Below, one piece after another: positions 17,458-32,400 of a DNA stretch of 64,000 nt. Position numbers and translations under genes: made by a program. The notes beneath the pieces were generated by a model, which saw only the letters and a list, made by a program, of their open reading frames with translations, made no database searches and had not been told where the DNA came from. Where the stretch lies: positions 1,178,789 to 1,242,788 of the forward strand of contig NW_019091356.1 in the NCBI RefSeq assembly GCF_001949145.1, written 5' to 3'. This stretch comes from Acanthaster planci. Its lineage: Eukaryota. Every line of letters begins with the position of its first letter. Position 1 is the first letter of the stretch.

Positions 17458-20400
17458 TCACTGTCCGTTAGACGCGCATTCCCTGCGGTAGGATATTCGG
17501 TAGAAGATTCTATAGGCAGCCTCATAACCCATTCTGCGATGCAAGCAAAATCACAAAAATAGCATCTCTTCTTGACATTATTCCAAATTTGCGCCAGCAT
17601 ACCAGTTTTGGGGTTGCCTCCTGTTTCGTATTGTTTTAAAGACTTAACCGACTCGACACCATAACTGCGGTAGCACTGCACCCACATGTATAGCTTGACG
17701 CGCGCGTGCATTTGGCAAATCGGGCAATGCCCTACTGGTCAAAGAAGCATGTGACACACGCACAGCACCTGTCCACGAGCGTCGCACAACCGCAGTAATG
17801 GCTTCTTGTACGGGCGATTCACAATAGTGCGCCTCCAGGAGTTTGCAGTGTGTGGACCAATCACAAAACGCGAAATCTGTCGACAACATGCGCGTTTGGA
17901 AAAGGTCAACAGATTTCGCGCGTTGTGATTGGTCGACGCGTTACAAACTCTTGGAGGCGCACTATTGTGAATCGTACGTATTCTGGTTGTCGAATTACAC
18001 AACAGGAATTGAATTTGGAGACATTTTGATCGTCTACTGGTAAAAAATGAAAATAGGGATTATTGAATGGTTTACCTAGTCTGTGTACAAAGTAATGGTT
18101 GCCAGTAGCCACATCGCACCTTCACAGTCCGTGCAACCGGCTTGACGTAACTCCGCTGGTAAGTGACTAACGAAGTCCGTAATTTACAGTGGTGCCTCCT
18201 CCTATAAATTTTAAACACACCAACTAACAAACGGATTCAACCTTGAGTGTTTTTTTCCATGTTTTCATTTCAAATTTGACGCTGTGGTGTTGTGATCAAC
18301 ATCTTAACATGAGGTACTTCAGTTGGAGTGCGTTTCAATAGAACCCTGATATAAGTCCTCACAATGACAATTTATATATATTTTTTATTTATTCTTCCAA
18401 CAGCGCATTTGGCGCCAATACGGGCGATTCACAATTGTGCGCCACCAAGACTTCCCAACGAGTTGTGATTGGCTAATGCGTCGCAGACTCTTGGGGGCGC
18501 ACTATTGGGAATCGCCCTATTATATTACAGGACGAATCGACAGTTAAGAAGGCAATGAAGCAATGTACAATTTTAAAGGTGGGAGGAGAACCCGGATAAA
18601 TATTCCTGGGGAAAACCCAGGAATCAGGCAGGGACTGAAAACCAACCCACATGCTGACCTAGACGGGATTCAAACCCGGTTCGCAGAGGTGGAAGGCGAG
18701 GAAAGACCCACTACACCAAATTGACTCCCCAAAATAATAAAATAATGTGTAAAAAATCTGTGTTTTGTGTTTTCATCATCTACCTGTACTAGCGCTGGGT
18801 AACACAGTTGACTCAGAGATATGTTTTTTTTTTTATGAGCGTAATCTTTTCGTGCCTTACCTACGAGATGGTCGAGTTCTTGCAAAATTTGAGGGCACTG
18901 GCGGGCTTGGCTGGTTCCCTCTGGATGCGTGATTTAAAGTTTTGGACCCTGTTGAGAATTGTGCAAAGGATGGTACCGGTGAAATACTGGCCACACTATT
19001 CATAGAGTTTAAAGGTATTGTAAATGAAATGTACGGTCATGACTGTGTCAGCTGAGAGTCGTTGATTTTAACATAATAAATTTAAAGATGGCCCATGCAG
19101 AGAAATACCTATGGGAAGAGAATGTATGTTGTTAAAAGACAGAGCTGGTTCAAGATCATACATTGTCATTTCGTGCTGAGAAATCAAGCTCTGATGACGC
19201 ATGAGGGCGCCAGTCTAGATCGCCTAATGGCAGTTTGATCTGATTTCATTTTGTTTAAAAAAGCCCTGGATAAACGACACCAACTCCCGAGATCATTGGG
19301 AGATAGAGCCACCGGCGGCGGAGCAATTTTCGAAGGGGGGGGGGCAGTTGTTAGACCATCAGGCATCGGTCATTAATAGCTTAATCCATTGAGCTCCACC
19401 CAATTATAGGACTTGCAGAAAGTAGGGGGGGTGTAGTCCCCGGTCGAAAAAGTGGGAGGTCTCTCCCCCCCCCCGCTTCCGCCGCCAGTGGATAGAGCAC
19501 CAGGCGAATCAGAAAAAAAAGGCCGGCAAAGCTCACGTACTACGTGTATTCTCAAATGATCGAAATCAAGCGCGCCCACTTGCGAAATTAAGTGCGCCCT
19601 CTGGCGTCATCAGATGTTTGTACTAATTTTTTGTCCTCACGTCTCTGACAGAAAGCTCCTCCAAATCCGGCGGGACACGTGCAACCGTCTGGGCCAGAAC
19701 AGCGCCCTCCATTTCGGCAAGTTACGCGACAGTAAGCTAAGGAGGTAGGGTGGGGTGCGGAATAGATACAAGAGGGATGGGGAAGTAAAATAATTCGAAG
19801 CAGCTGTTCACAAATTGGAGTCGATTCCTTTCAGCTTCGATCCTCTATTTAGGAAGGGATTGAAAGGCTATGATCGGTTCAAATAAAGGAAAACGATGAA
19901 CATTTATGGGGAAGTGTTAAAATCTCGTACAATCGTGCCAATTTGGCCAAACGTACATGTACAAGCAGTTTTGTTGGCCCATATAGTATCCAGCCTGTTT
20001 TTGTCATGAAAGCTTATCGGCAAGGTTTGTTGGACTCTACTTGATACATGATGTACATGTATGTCCACCTTTCTTCATATCAGACAGTCAATGGCTGCAT
20101 CCGAATCTCTTGTCTAGAGCTAGGTCTAGGTCTTCACTCCATTAGAAATGCGTGGAGACGCGTAGACAATAGACCCAGCCGTAGCTCTGGAAGCCCGTTT
20201 CGGACATGGCCAATCTCTAATACGGGCGTGTCACAATACTGCGCCTCCAAAAGTTTGCAACGCGTTGGCAAATGACAATGCACGAAATCTGCAGACCCAA
20301 TGCGCGTTTGGAAAGGGTCGACAGATTTTGCTCGTTGTAATTGGCCAACGCCTCTTGGAGGCGCACTACTGTGAATCTCGCGTATTCATTCACCATTCCA

Positions 20401-23400
20401 ACTACTTGTTCCTCACCTGGGCGAGTGGTCGGTTAAATTGTCAATTAGTCGATTGATTAATAGATGGATGGTTGCTATTGCAGCACCAGTTTTTCATCTG
20501 TCTGTGTGTTTGTCTTTATATCCCGTCCTCTGGCTGCCTGAATAACTACATTTTTGCCTCGTTAATTGGTTCCTAGTTTCTGTTTTTTTGTGGCATCACA
20601 CAAACAATAGCCATTTAATTTTGAAACATACACGGTTTTCACTTGATGTCATTCGAGCTGTCTTACCTATTTGACAAGTAGGCCCTCTGTAAGCGGGTGG
20701 ACAGCGGCAGAATCCAGGTCGGACACACCTTCCTCCATTGGAACAAGCCGGTGCGCAGATTGCTAATAACGGGAATATAAAATTCATAGAGTGTCAGACA
20801 AAAATCTGTCTCGCAAGAAAGCGACAGATATTCACGCAGGTGAACTTAATATTACTTGATTGCAGCATTGAGATCAAACCGACCCCTGGTATAAAAACCG
20901 CTGGCTTGCAGCCGTTCGTGGTTAGCATATTATTTTTTTTACCTTTCGTCGGTTGAGACATGTTGACACATCCCTTCTGGTTGCGGCTTTCTTTGGTTTC
21001 ATTTTTCTATTTTGTTCATTTTTCTCCCGCGTACAATCGACAACGGCTTCAATGGAATCGGGCAGACGGGGGAAAGGTTTGAGGTTTTCTTGAGCATTTA
21101 ATTACCTAAAATATATTTATTACCTACATGACCAGGAACTTAATCGTAGAGAATGACGTCATGTCATCCTACCTTGCTCGCAGTAAGTTCCCTGGTATCC
21201 CAACCTACAAGAACACGTATTGGCGCCAATGCAGGTACCACCATTTTCGCACGGTCGACTGCAGGCAACTAATAAAGCCAGAAAGAAATCGACTTCAAAA
21301 TCTGTAGGCGAATGATCCTCACTTATCAAAAAACTGTCAACAATATGGGGTTTCACAAAGCGCCTCCAAGAGACAGATGTCACACACTGTGATTGACCAG
21401 TCTCATGGGAGTTATAAGCTGCATCCGAATCTCTCGTCTAGAGCTAGGTCTAGGTCTTCGTTCCATCCGAAATGCGTGGAGACGCGTAGACAATAGACTT
21501 AGCCGTAGCTCTGGAAGCCCGTTTCGGGCACAGCCATATTTACATTTTGCCTCACCTCTCTCACAAAGTGAACCAGTGTACATAGACGAGCATGCACATT
21601 CGTTTGGTGCAACGCAGGTCCCGCCATTTTGACATCTCGGGTTGCAGACGGCTGTTTCAAGAAAGATAAAGTGCATCATAGTTTAATTGAAACAAAAATA
21701 GTATCAATTACGCTTATGACACACTGCGGCGCCAAGTACTGGCTTAGTAGAGTATGCATACAGGAAAAAATTAACAATTTAAATAAAATAACGAAATGGG
21801 CAACATTTGAACTCTGGTCTAGTTCGTAAGCTACTATGACGCAACATTCTGCTCTGATCAACCCCAGCGTGTAAATGAAGTTTTGACAGCTAGTGGAAAA
21901 GTCATAGGTGTCACATCTTTCCGGGCAGGAGAGCCAAGAATGATGAATCTGGGTCAACGACTCACGAGTGCATCTCGGTGGTGCAAAGCCGCTCGGGCAC
22001 TGACAGTAGTTCTTGGCCACACATTGACCCCCGTTCTGACAGGGATGACTGCACAATTCTGGGGAGACAAGTAACAAATGGCTCAAGATAACCCACTTGC
22101 ACAACTTGCAAACATTACGAAGGAAGCCCTTTAACTAGATAATGATGATAAATTTGGTGGCCTTGGCAATCCGAGTGACTTAAGGCTAAAAATTTACCGG
22201 GATGTTTTCTGTTTCGTCCATTTGGGACATGATACATACCTCGTAAAATTATGCCATAAATGGATTGTTAAATGACTTATATTTGTTCGTGCTGGGTCTT
22301 CACAAACATGTCAGAGAGGGCAAGTTTTGTCAGACAAATAAAACATGGAAACAACAGGACAGCTTTCACTTGCAACAGACATAACAGCTTCTCCCTTCAG
22401 AATCCAAAGATGCCCACACTTTACATAGACATCCCAAAATTGAAGGACAACAATGCCAAGCCTCAAACGAGGAATAAAATGTTCGATTTTACTCAGGGAA
22501 TTCTCAAGGATCGTTTTCAACGGAACATTAACAAGCAAGGGGCAAAAATCACTTCGTGCTGAATTTTAAATTGATAATGCGTTACCAATTTCACAAGTAT
22601 CTCCAAGGTAACCTGTAGGGCAGTTGCATTTTCTGTCCAGACCGCACACGCCACCATTCTTGCAGCTTGGGGTGCAGACATCTAAGGTGAAAAGGCCAAG
22701 AAGAATAAAGAAACGAATTTTTTATGGGGGGGGTGGATAAGTCTCCAGATGGAACTTCTTTAAGTAGATATTTATGCTGCTTGTGTGTGTATTTATTATT
22801 GTGTTATCGTTTTTGCTGTTGGTTTTTTTTCCTCTGGTTACCATAGCAGTGCCTCCTATGGCACCTCTGTCTCTCCACCACAGTCTTCTGGCCACTCTCG
22901 CATCCTGGCACTTCTTTGTTGTCATAGCAATAAGCCATCCTCATCTCAACCCCGTCCCCGCAAGTTCGGCTGCACATGCTCCACTCCGACCACTTCAGTG
23001 ACGGTGCTGCCAAACACAAGGGAGGGAGTCGCAAACGTATGATAAAAAATCACGTGGAGGAAAGCTAGGCAATCAGCCTTTGGCAATACGGGCGATTCAC
23101 AATATACAGTGCGCCACCACGAGGTTGTTGCTTTTGCGTAGTGCATTATGAAAAATGGTCGACAAGTTCCGTTTGCCGGCTACGTGCGGGGAACTTGAAT
23201 CATTTCCGGTGTTTTCAGGGCAGTTTTAATTAATCCTCTCTGCTTTCTAAAGTATGGGATGTCCCAATCTATCAATATTCAGCAAGTTGTCTACTGAAAT
23301 ATGTTTAAATGCAAATCAAGCAAGGCGCTCATGTTCTGTGGACCTTAAACTTGAAAAATAGCATCTCTGTGGTAACATCTGGATGGCACACTGTATTATC

Positions 23401-26400
23401 AATCATCCCTTTTAAAATGGCAAGGACAGAGTTCATAATTCAATTAGTAGCTGTCGAGTGATTTGCTGAATTGGTTACTAAAGAGCCTTATACGGGTTCA
23501 AAACTCTTGCTTAGAGCACAATTCACGTTTTCCTCTTTCAATAATTCCCTCATAATTTCACATCAAAGAAAACCACAAATCTCTAAAGGGAGAAAAATTA
23601 TTTCCAATTTCAACTATTTCTGTGCAATAATTCTGCACTTAGGAATTTCAAGTATGCTGGCCGGATGTCGACAAATTGTTATTCATGCGGACAAACGGCT
23701 CCAGTTTACGAGCGGTACTGATTAACGCTTTCCTGGATGGACAGCCACTTGGCATCTCAGCCCCAGTGACGGATGTTCAGACACCTACCCAATTAATGCT
23801 GCAAAGATGCTCCCGATAAGAGAATTTTCTCTCTTCCGCAAAGAACTTGACTTTCAGTGGAAAACATTATTTGGGTCAGACTTTATACTAATCCTCTCTT
23901 AGCTGCAAGTTTCTTCTTGAATTTCCTGTACTAATTTTTCTAGGTATGTATTTTTCAAAAGTTCTGACATCGCTCCTCTAAAACGCAGTAGATATCTTAA
24001 CCTCGCATAAGAAGGGAAAACAAGTTTCGATGTTCAAATGATAATGTAGCGCTTCGTCTGCAAATTGACATCAAGGTACGTAACCCAGTTGCCATTTTGT
24101 TTTACTGTAAAAGTTACGAATGTCTGGTCACTTTATAAAAAATACCACGCACCTGTCGAGATAAGGTTTACTGAGGATACTGGGTCAATGTTACCAATAC
24201 AAGCACTAATTAACATTAATAGACAAACAAGGAAAGGTACAGGAATACACAGCAAATAGCACAGACTCAGCAATGGGAGATACTTAAGAAAAAGTACAAA
24301 ATTATGATCTCGTCGATTTCACCTTTGTGAATTTTGATGCTCACCTTTGCAGTCGCTTAGGTGACACGTCTGAGTCTGCGCCGTGATCCCCCGTCCAGTC
24401 TTACAGTCCAATAGTTTGGATCCCGGGCGACAGCGAGAGAAGCGATACCGAGTACCAGTGCCACACGTTCTGCTACACGTGCTCCACGTGGACCAGTTTT
24501 CTAAAACTAAAGCAACCGTAAATCTGTTTGCGACATGATTTCAAACTATTATACTTAATCGAGAACTTCAAGTTCTAAAGTGAACAGTTTCCACAAGTAA
24601 TTCACAAGCCATTTCAACTGACCCAAAGCGCCTTTAGGCAAGGTGAGCGGAGGACTTCTTCGCAATCTTAAGGTTATGAACATTTCGAAATTTATTGAGT
24701 TTGATACCTGCTTTTATCTGCTTGATACTAATAACTAGTCTTTTTTAAGTAAGATGGGTTTCTATTACCTTCATTGTTCCGCCGAATCAAATCCACTTAT
24801 TATGTAAAATAATCTGATATAACTTCTAACACTTCAAGGAGAGACCATTATCGACAGCCGCAGACAGCAGACAACGAGGCTTGACGAATACTAATGGCTC
24901 GATTAGCCCATCGTAAAATTAACGCAAAACGCGACAGCACGCAACTGGACCAGCCGAAGTTAAAGTTGTTATTATTGTTACTGATATTCATTATTATTAT
25001 TAAAATAATTGAAAAGGCTGACAGTTATTGTTAGTACTACCAGTTAGTATTACAGATAAGGAGTGAGTAACGAGTAATGATTCGGTATGATTCGATTTGA
25101 TTTCGATGATTTGGTTTCCATGCAATATGTTTGTTAATCTGTCAAATCAATGGGACGGTTACGCAGACGTACCCTACGCTGCAATTTTCCAGTTCTATAG
25201 TCGAGCACCGCTAGATCAATTGCGCCTAATTTCATCCATATGAAATCAGCGCTCAAATACAAAAATCTCGAAGTTCACCTGTGTATAGGCCCAAAGAAAC
25301 GAATTTCACCAGTTTAACATTTAAATTAGGAAACGATAGCACTCCTGTGGGGAACCACAAACAAGGAATCGGCTGTCTTAACGTCACCTTCTCCGGCCTC
25401 TTCATCGCTTCCCGGTTCGGCATTGGGTAGCCGATGTCCAATTTCCCAGCTGTCCGGTCGGTGTGCACTCTCCAACCTCAACTTAATTGTTGGAGCTTTG
25501 GTGGGCTGTGTTGTCGTGGGAACAGTTGTGGGTCCTAGTGTGGGAAGTGTTGTTAGTAGTGCAGTGGGTCTTGTGGTGGGTACTGGTATTGCCACAGGTG
25601 TAGTCCTGAGAACTGACGTGGGTTCTGTTGTTGTAGTCGTTGTTTTTATGATGTGTGTAGTCGATTCAACTGTTTTCAGATCAGTCAACGTGGTTGTTGT
25701 TTCTAAAAATTCTTTCTCAGTGACAATATGTCCGGGTGACTCCTCATCGTAAGATCTCTTGGTTTCATGTTCAGTGTTACTTTCAGGTGTAGTTGACGGG
25801 AATGAGCCCGTGTCCCTCTCTGGCATGGGCAAAATGTCATTTCCGCTGTCAAATTTAATATCTATCGGCTCTTCCTCTATCGGGCTCGACGGATCGCCGC
25901 CGTAATTGGCCAGCGAATTTTCGAAAATTTCGACAACGAAGTCAAAATTATTTTCGTTGTACAACGGTGCTGCTGTGCTCGTCTGACCATCGGACAATCC
26001 TGGGGTGATGGGTGGAATCAACTCATGTTCTGGGGCCAGTTCGACGTCAGGTGCGCCTTGATTGGTGGATTCAACGATATCTTGGTGAAGGATGGGCGTG
26101 GTGGTTGGATCCTTTCTTGTGATTGGAGGATCTGGCTTTGGCAGTGCGCCAGGAATCGGGATCACAAGTGGAGTGTCCATACCTCCGTGGAGATCGCCAG
26201 TTATGTTCACGGAGGGCCAAACAGATTCTGCCAGGAACTTCAAAGATAAAGCAGTAACTTTAATTAACGTATCAGTATCTCATCAAAAAATAATGCTAAC
26301 ATCAGTTTCCTTATCTATTTTGGCTGCGGCTTGTTAGGACATTCTAAAGGTTTCATGTCTCGTGACACAACGAAATTCCTCACGCTATAGACAAAATTTC

Positions 26401-29400
26401 CTAAGGTATTCCACCTCTGAAAACGACCATTTGACAAAAGGCCAGTTATTATGATCGTTTCTAACAAACTATGAAGTTTGCTAATGACACATTGACTTGT
26501 GCAATTACCGGTTTTGAATAGGTATGCCACATGTGGAGATAAAATCGTTTGGGAAACACATACCGTTCCCACTGGGGCCGAACACTGTAAAGCTGCTGCA
26601 TCCGGATCGGCAATAATAGCCAGCTGCTCAAGATCTCCCTGGGAACGAGGAATACATCAGTCACGATACAGAGAGATAATAGCTATGACTATTCAGTCAA
26701 ATGTGTAAACATGAAGTGACATGATCTGATAGGTTAAAGATTTTCGTATGGTGGTCATCCAGCGTGTATACGGTCTCTGAGGTATGATTAGGGTCACAAC
26801 TAAGGGTGTGTGTTTATGGTGGCTTGTGGGGTAGCAGAACAAAAGGATGTATTATTTGTTCACTGCCTAGCCTACCTCAAAGTACATGTCAATCATATTC
26901 GGCTTTGGATTCCCGATCGCGATATCCCCCGATCCGGATTGGACTCGGATCCCGCCCCCTTCCTCCTTCAAGTCCACCTGGTACTCCTTGGTGCAATCGG
27001 CGTACAAGGTAACGGACTTCTTTCTCACGCTAAATGCTAGCACGTTCCACTTCCTCTTCAGCACCGTGTACTCCCCGAAACTGACGGCGTCGGGCCGGAC
27101 CTTTCCGGTGGCCTGGTCGCGCCGGCTGTAGACCAGGGCCGGGGAGGAGCTGAGCTGCACGCCGAGCTGTACCCCGCCGTCTGGCCCCATCACCAGCATA
27201 GCGTACAGGTAACCGTTCTGCTGGCTAGAGAAGTACCGCGGAGGCTTGACCACCAGGAGGATGGAGAACTCCTCCGGGAAACCTTCGGGGTAGACAGTCG
27301 AGATAGGCAGCTTCAAGATGGCATTGGAGGAGATGTGGTACGCCCTCCTTCGGGGAGACCTTCGCACACCGGGTGGAAAAGTCGATAGGGACATTAACTG
27401 CAGAAGATCTTTCACATCTGCCAATAGAAGAAAACAGAAAGATACGTTTATGTTAAAAACGCATAATTGATATTAAGTTACAAATAAACTCGATAGTTTC
27501 GGCTTACAATTAGTTCATAGTTGCTCAAGCTGAGAAGAGACAGAAATGTGAAAGCAGGCCTATATCTTTCATTGTTACATGACCTATGACTCTTCAGTGC
27601 TATTGGTGCATCGCACTTTTTCAGCCCATTCAGGAGAAAGTTAATGTGTGTTTTGCAGTGCAAATTACTTATTCGTTGTTTAATTGCCAATTATTTCGCA
27701 AGAAGCTTCATTCTGCTTTGGAGGTGAAAACAGCTCAGTGATTGAATGCGTTGATAACCTCGGCAAGAATTTTGAATATTTTCATATCACAGCACATCAT
27801 CAATTGCGCCAGACTTGAGCGCAGAATGTAATACCCGTGTGTTACTGCCAGAGTCTGCAGTGCCCCTTATGTTGACCTCTGCAGAGCTGCAAATCTTTCA
27901 AGAAATCGAAGCCGCATCGCCCTCTGATTATATCCAAGACTAAGAATAGCTTTTTAAGACCAACTGAGGGGAGGTTTGAATCTGTCATTAGCTGGGCAGA
28001 TAGAGGAAGACTTATGATACGAGGCATTCCGTAGCGCATGCCGATGGGCAGGAGTTGTGTACACGGCCTCCCCAAGTCGATACAATTCATTTCTCATCTG
28101 GTTTCCGATTTCCTCGGGTTGAGTCATAGATACATAAACATGCCACGAGATTGTCATTTTTTTCGGAATGGTCAGTCGGTAACGTTCGCATGTGGTGGTG
28201 ATAGCCACGCTTGAGGTCTAATCAAGGTTCTGTTTGATTCTATTCACGGACTGTGTCAATTTCTTGAGAAATATTTAGCATAATGCACCGTACTAACGTT
28301 GCAACAACTCCATTTAAGAACCCCCCACGTAACGTTGGCTTGGGTGGCGCCATCATATGTCATATCATATGTTTCGGTTCTCCCGTAGCAGACATAATAC
28401 ATCAATAAAATCCTAAAAAGCTCATAACTGTGTCTCATTGGATGCTGTAGGATTAACCTGCGGCTAGTTTTCCTGTTCATGGTAGCGCCATTCAGTTATT
28501 ACAGTACATCAGACAATCGCTGTCTTGGTCCTTCAATAAAACTTACATTCAGTATGAGAAAAGATAGTTCTACGTGTGATTGAGCACAAGGTTACCAAGT
28601 ACATCTAGTGCAACCATCCACAAGGAGCCTGGCAACGTGACAGGGTCATACCTTGGCATTTGAAGCTGTTACAATGCCGTCTCTGCTCTGCTGCGCCTTC
28701 GCAGGCGTCTGGCACGTCTTGCACGCACATACGGCGCCTAAGCTGTACGCCATCCCCGCAGGTGACCGGGCAAGGCGTCCAAGACGCCCAGTCTCGCCAT
28801 CCTAGGTGTAAAAAGACATGAAAAGTAGCCAGTTTAGCATTTCCTGCGGTATTTCGCAGATCTTAGCGACGATCAATGACTTACACAAGAACATCTGAAT
28901 TTGATTCATTGCTATACATTACCGATTACGCATCATTCACTTTTGGTACCAACACGCTCGTGTATACCAAGTTTTATACCGGGAAATTCACAGCATTGTT
29001 CAACGTGTGAGGCACAGCATTAATCCCATCATATTCAGGGAATCTGATAAGGATATTGATATGGATAGCCACTTTGACCGGATCAAAGGATGCCTTCCAG
29101 CGGGGACATCGAGCAGAAAGCACGGTGCTCCCATATAAAACAGAAGTGGCAACCATAAATTATTTGGTGACGACAATTTGTCTTTATGCCTGACTCTGTT
29201 TTTCCTTTGCATGGTGTGTCAAAAGGATTTGCATTTCTGTGTGGTCCTACAGATTGACACTGTCCTGAGTCGTTTCTTTTTATATTTCTCTATCGCTTTT
29301 GCGTATGACTCACATCTACTATGAATAAAACAGCTAAAGAAAACACGCGTTTAAGACTCACACAGTTACAAAAAAGTCCTTTGATAGTGAGTTGGTTAAA

Positions 29401-32400
29401 TTCGAATTTTACTATTTTCTCATTCGTCGCATCTCCAATAAATCCCCTTATGAAGCCCACCTTCACCGTACGGTTGTTGGTGGCAACGCTCAACTACGCG
29501 CTAAAACTGTTTTTGTTTTGAAGCCGGAAGTTTCACAAATTTTACGGGTGACTCACGGTATTTGGGCGCTCAAGTCAAGGCACTTTTGTTCATTTAATTC
29601 CCCAAACAGGCTTACCTATTGAAAGTGCAACAGGTGAGTCGTTCTCGGTTTGAGACCCTCAGGAAATATAATAATAATGAGTCCACTAAAAGATGTTAAA
29701 AATAAACATGCCGTTTTCTCTGCAGCCGTGAGAGGACTTTTAAAAACGGGTCAAGTTTGGAATAAATTGCGATCACTTGTCGAGTCGATGGCACCCATGG
29801 CCCATTAGCGCCCTTTAGCAAACACCGTGGCGACCCCTTACCCCCCTGAGGCCAAGGCCACGTCAACATCTCCGAAGTGAATGATTAAAAAAGAGAGGAA
29901 AATGTTGAGGTTTCTTGACATCAGATTAGGCTCGCTTGCCCCCCTGGGAAGTTCGCAAAACCCCGAGAGCTTATGCTATTAGTATTAGGGATCCATACGC
30001 TGGTGTGTTACCCACACGCTCGTCCTGCCTTATTCGTTTCATCCTCAGTAAATGAGGATTCTCCGGGCCAAGGGAAGAGGTCGAATTTTGTCATAGCAAA
30101 AAAAAAAAAAAAAAAAGCTAGAAAGGCGACATAATCTGATGCTTTGATCAGGATGAAATATCTGGTCCAAGAAGTACATTAATCAATCAATAAAAAGAAT
30201 CCGTCAAATGGAAAAGTTCTCAAAAGATTTGTCAAGTAACAATTCGAAAAATCCCCTGGAAAGCCTCTAAGTCTGTTGGGCCTCTGCCAAGTACAGATAA
30301 TCATAAGTTCCTACAACTCCAAAAGGAAACCATTTGTAAACGTTTAGTGTAACCATTAAGACGGCCATTCCTCTAGAATTTCATTTAATTGAAACACGAC
30401 ATAAAAGTAACATGTACTAGTTTTGCCACCAGTAGTTTATTAACGTTCAATCTTCGATCCAGTACAATAAAGCGAAATCCGAATGCCTCAATTCGGACTG
30501 TCTTCCCTACTTTTTAAAGGCACTGTACAGCTATACCTCAGACGAAATGTTTCGGTAACGAAAAAGCTGATTACCCAATTGATTCTGCATAGCCCTTTGC
30601 TGCATTTCAACATTTCCAACAAATAACGAGCACTCCACGCTACCCGACCCCTCAACCTCACCGTTTATTTATCATGGCGAGAACTGACATGACCAAAGCT
30701 ATACAAACTACTCTCCTAATGACGCAGAAAGGTATGATGAAAATGTGACATTATGCGCGATGTCAACGACATTGCACAATTAGACCAGGCGGGCTTGGAG
30801 TACGTGGTTCAAAAGACAAGAGCATTAAAAGCTTCAAAAAACCGTCTGTTTTTTTCCTCGTGGTTTGTGCGAAATCATAACTAAATCAATGTGAGATATC
30901 GGAATGATCTGAACGATTTGATCCACGTACTTTACTCGTCTTCTTTTGGAGCTATTTCCCACTCAAAATGGTTTCTTTAAATGGTTTTTGCTTAATTTAG
31001 ATGTAAGCAGATATGCCCAAGCGGACAAGATCCCCGGGATACCATAAATCCATACCAGTTGCCTTGGAACCCGTTAACACACCAGTCGTTGTCCAGTACT
31101 TTAATAAACTGCACTTTGTATGCAATAATTCAACCAATAAATACATGGACGTGTACCATAGTTCTCTCTGTACAATGGCCGTAATCCACAAGCAAAGCGT
31201 GATTTATTACGGGGGCGCTGGGACAAATCTGCAGAGCGCTTGACCTTTAGCAGGTGTAAGTCCTCCATTCTTTAGCTGTTTAGAGGTGTAAATTCATCCA
31301 AACCACTGACAAAACTAGGTCTTTTTTTCAAGGGCAAAAGACTTAATTGTCCGAAATTCATCCAATCAATTAATGACGTAGTCTATAGCTTACAGTAGGG
31401 TACATTTCCTGTATCTTTCCGCCATACTGTCTTTCCCTCTCATGAAAATCTCACAATACTACTACGAATTATACAAGGTAAAACATGTACAGTGTTAAAC
31501 GCAAATTAACAAGGTTGCACCCTACTTACGACTCGTATGCATTAGCAGTGGCAGCCAAACATTTATCTTTATAATTGACTTCTTTTCCATTTCTTTTGAC
31601 AAATCACCAAGCTTCTGGTAAAAGAAGCAGGCATAATGCTGAACATACCTCAGGGAATTCAGGGATAATTTAATTTCCTTAACTACAACTTATCACTATT
31701 CCGCCTCGAATTTAAATCTGAAACTCGCTGCTCTTTGCAAAGAAACATAGATGAAATCCTTAACTTTAATTGGAGGATATTCTAGAGAAATCTACCAGAG
31801 GAAATTCTTCTAATGAAGAACAAATATCCAGATCTCATCATTTAACAAAGTAATCCCCCATATCGGAGATGGAAATAATGCTTTAGGGGAAAAAGCCACT
31901 ACAGAGTTTCAAAGCAGCGTAACGTATCTTGCCCAGAGATTAAAGGAAATGTGCATCGGATATTCAGCTCAACTTGTTTTTCGCACATATTTCTCTTTTT
32001 TACAACAACACAAACAAAATCTAAATTTTTTTTTAACTGGAAGTGAAAAGAAGGTGATAGTTTTTCAATTCTTAGACAATACTCTCATCAACGTATGCAG
32101 GAGGGCGCTATTTTGATGTGGTCATAGAGGGCGCTCCTTGACAAAAGAGCTCAAGAACAGTCAGTCTCAAAATCATCCCCTAACAATAGTGTGAAGAATA
32201 TGGACCACCGGTATTGTTAAAACAAGCTGTTTCATTAACAACGATAACAACAACAAAGAGGAACCTGCCTTCTCCTCCCAAAAAAGAAAATGTAGGAAAT
32301 AATGGTATATTAAACTGTGCACAAAGCTATGGAGGCACTCATCCTGGCTTATTCTGGCTAGGTAAAATCATTGACATCACACTTTGGCTCATGAATATGG

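Noticed and set aside
17352..17889. Track ORFs 17352-17711 and 17644-17889 as the terminal exon
   Set aside because: They overlap a MITE or use the wrong frame; the phase-2 exon 17458-17533 completes the EMI pattern and has a good acceptor.
19641..22681. WIF1 or a separate EGF-repeat gene
   Set aside because: No WIF domain or separate start; the exons continue in phase 1 from the TSP1 exons.
17809..23123. CRISPR-like array from recurring palindromic repeats
   Set aside because: Irregular spacing, TIR structure, eukaryotic introns and no cas genes; these are MITEs.
23650..23790. Possible extra exon between the TSP1 exons
   Set aside because: The required phase hits an immediate TGA, and the flanking exons join in frame without it.
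25423..25752. Val-rich plus-strand ORF (and antisense ORFs at 26886-27131, 42414-42734)
   Set aside because: Antisense shadows of real minus-strand exons.
26564..27417. Collagen gene suggested by the TSPN domain
   Set aside because: No Gly-X-Y repeats in any downstream exon.
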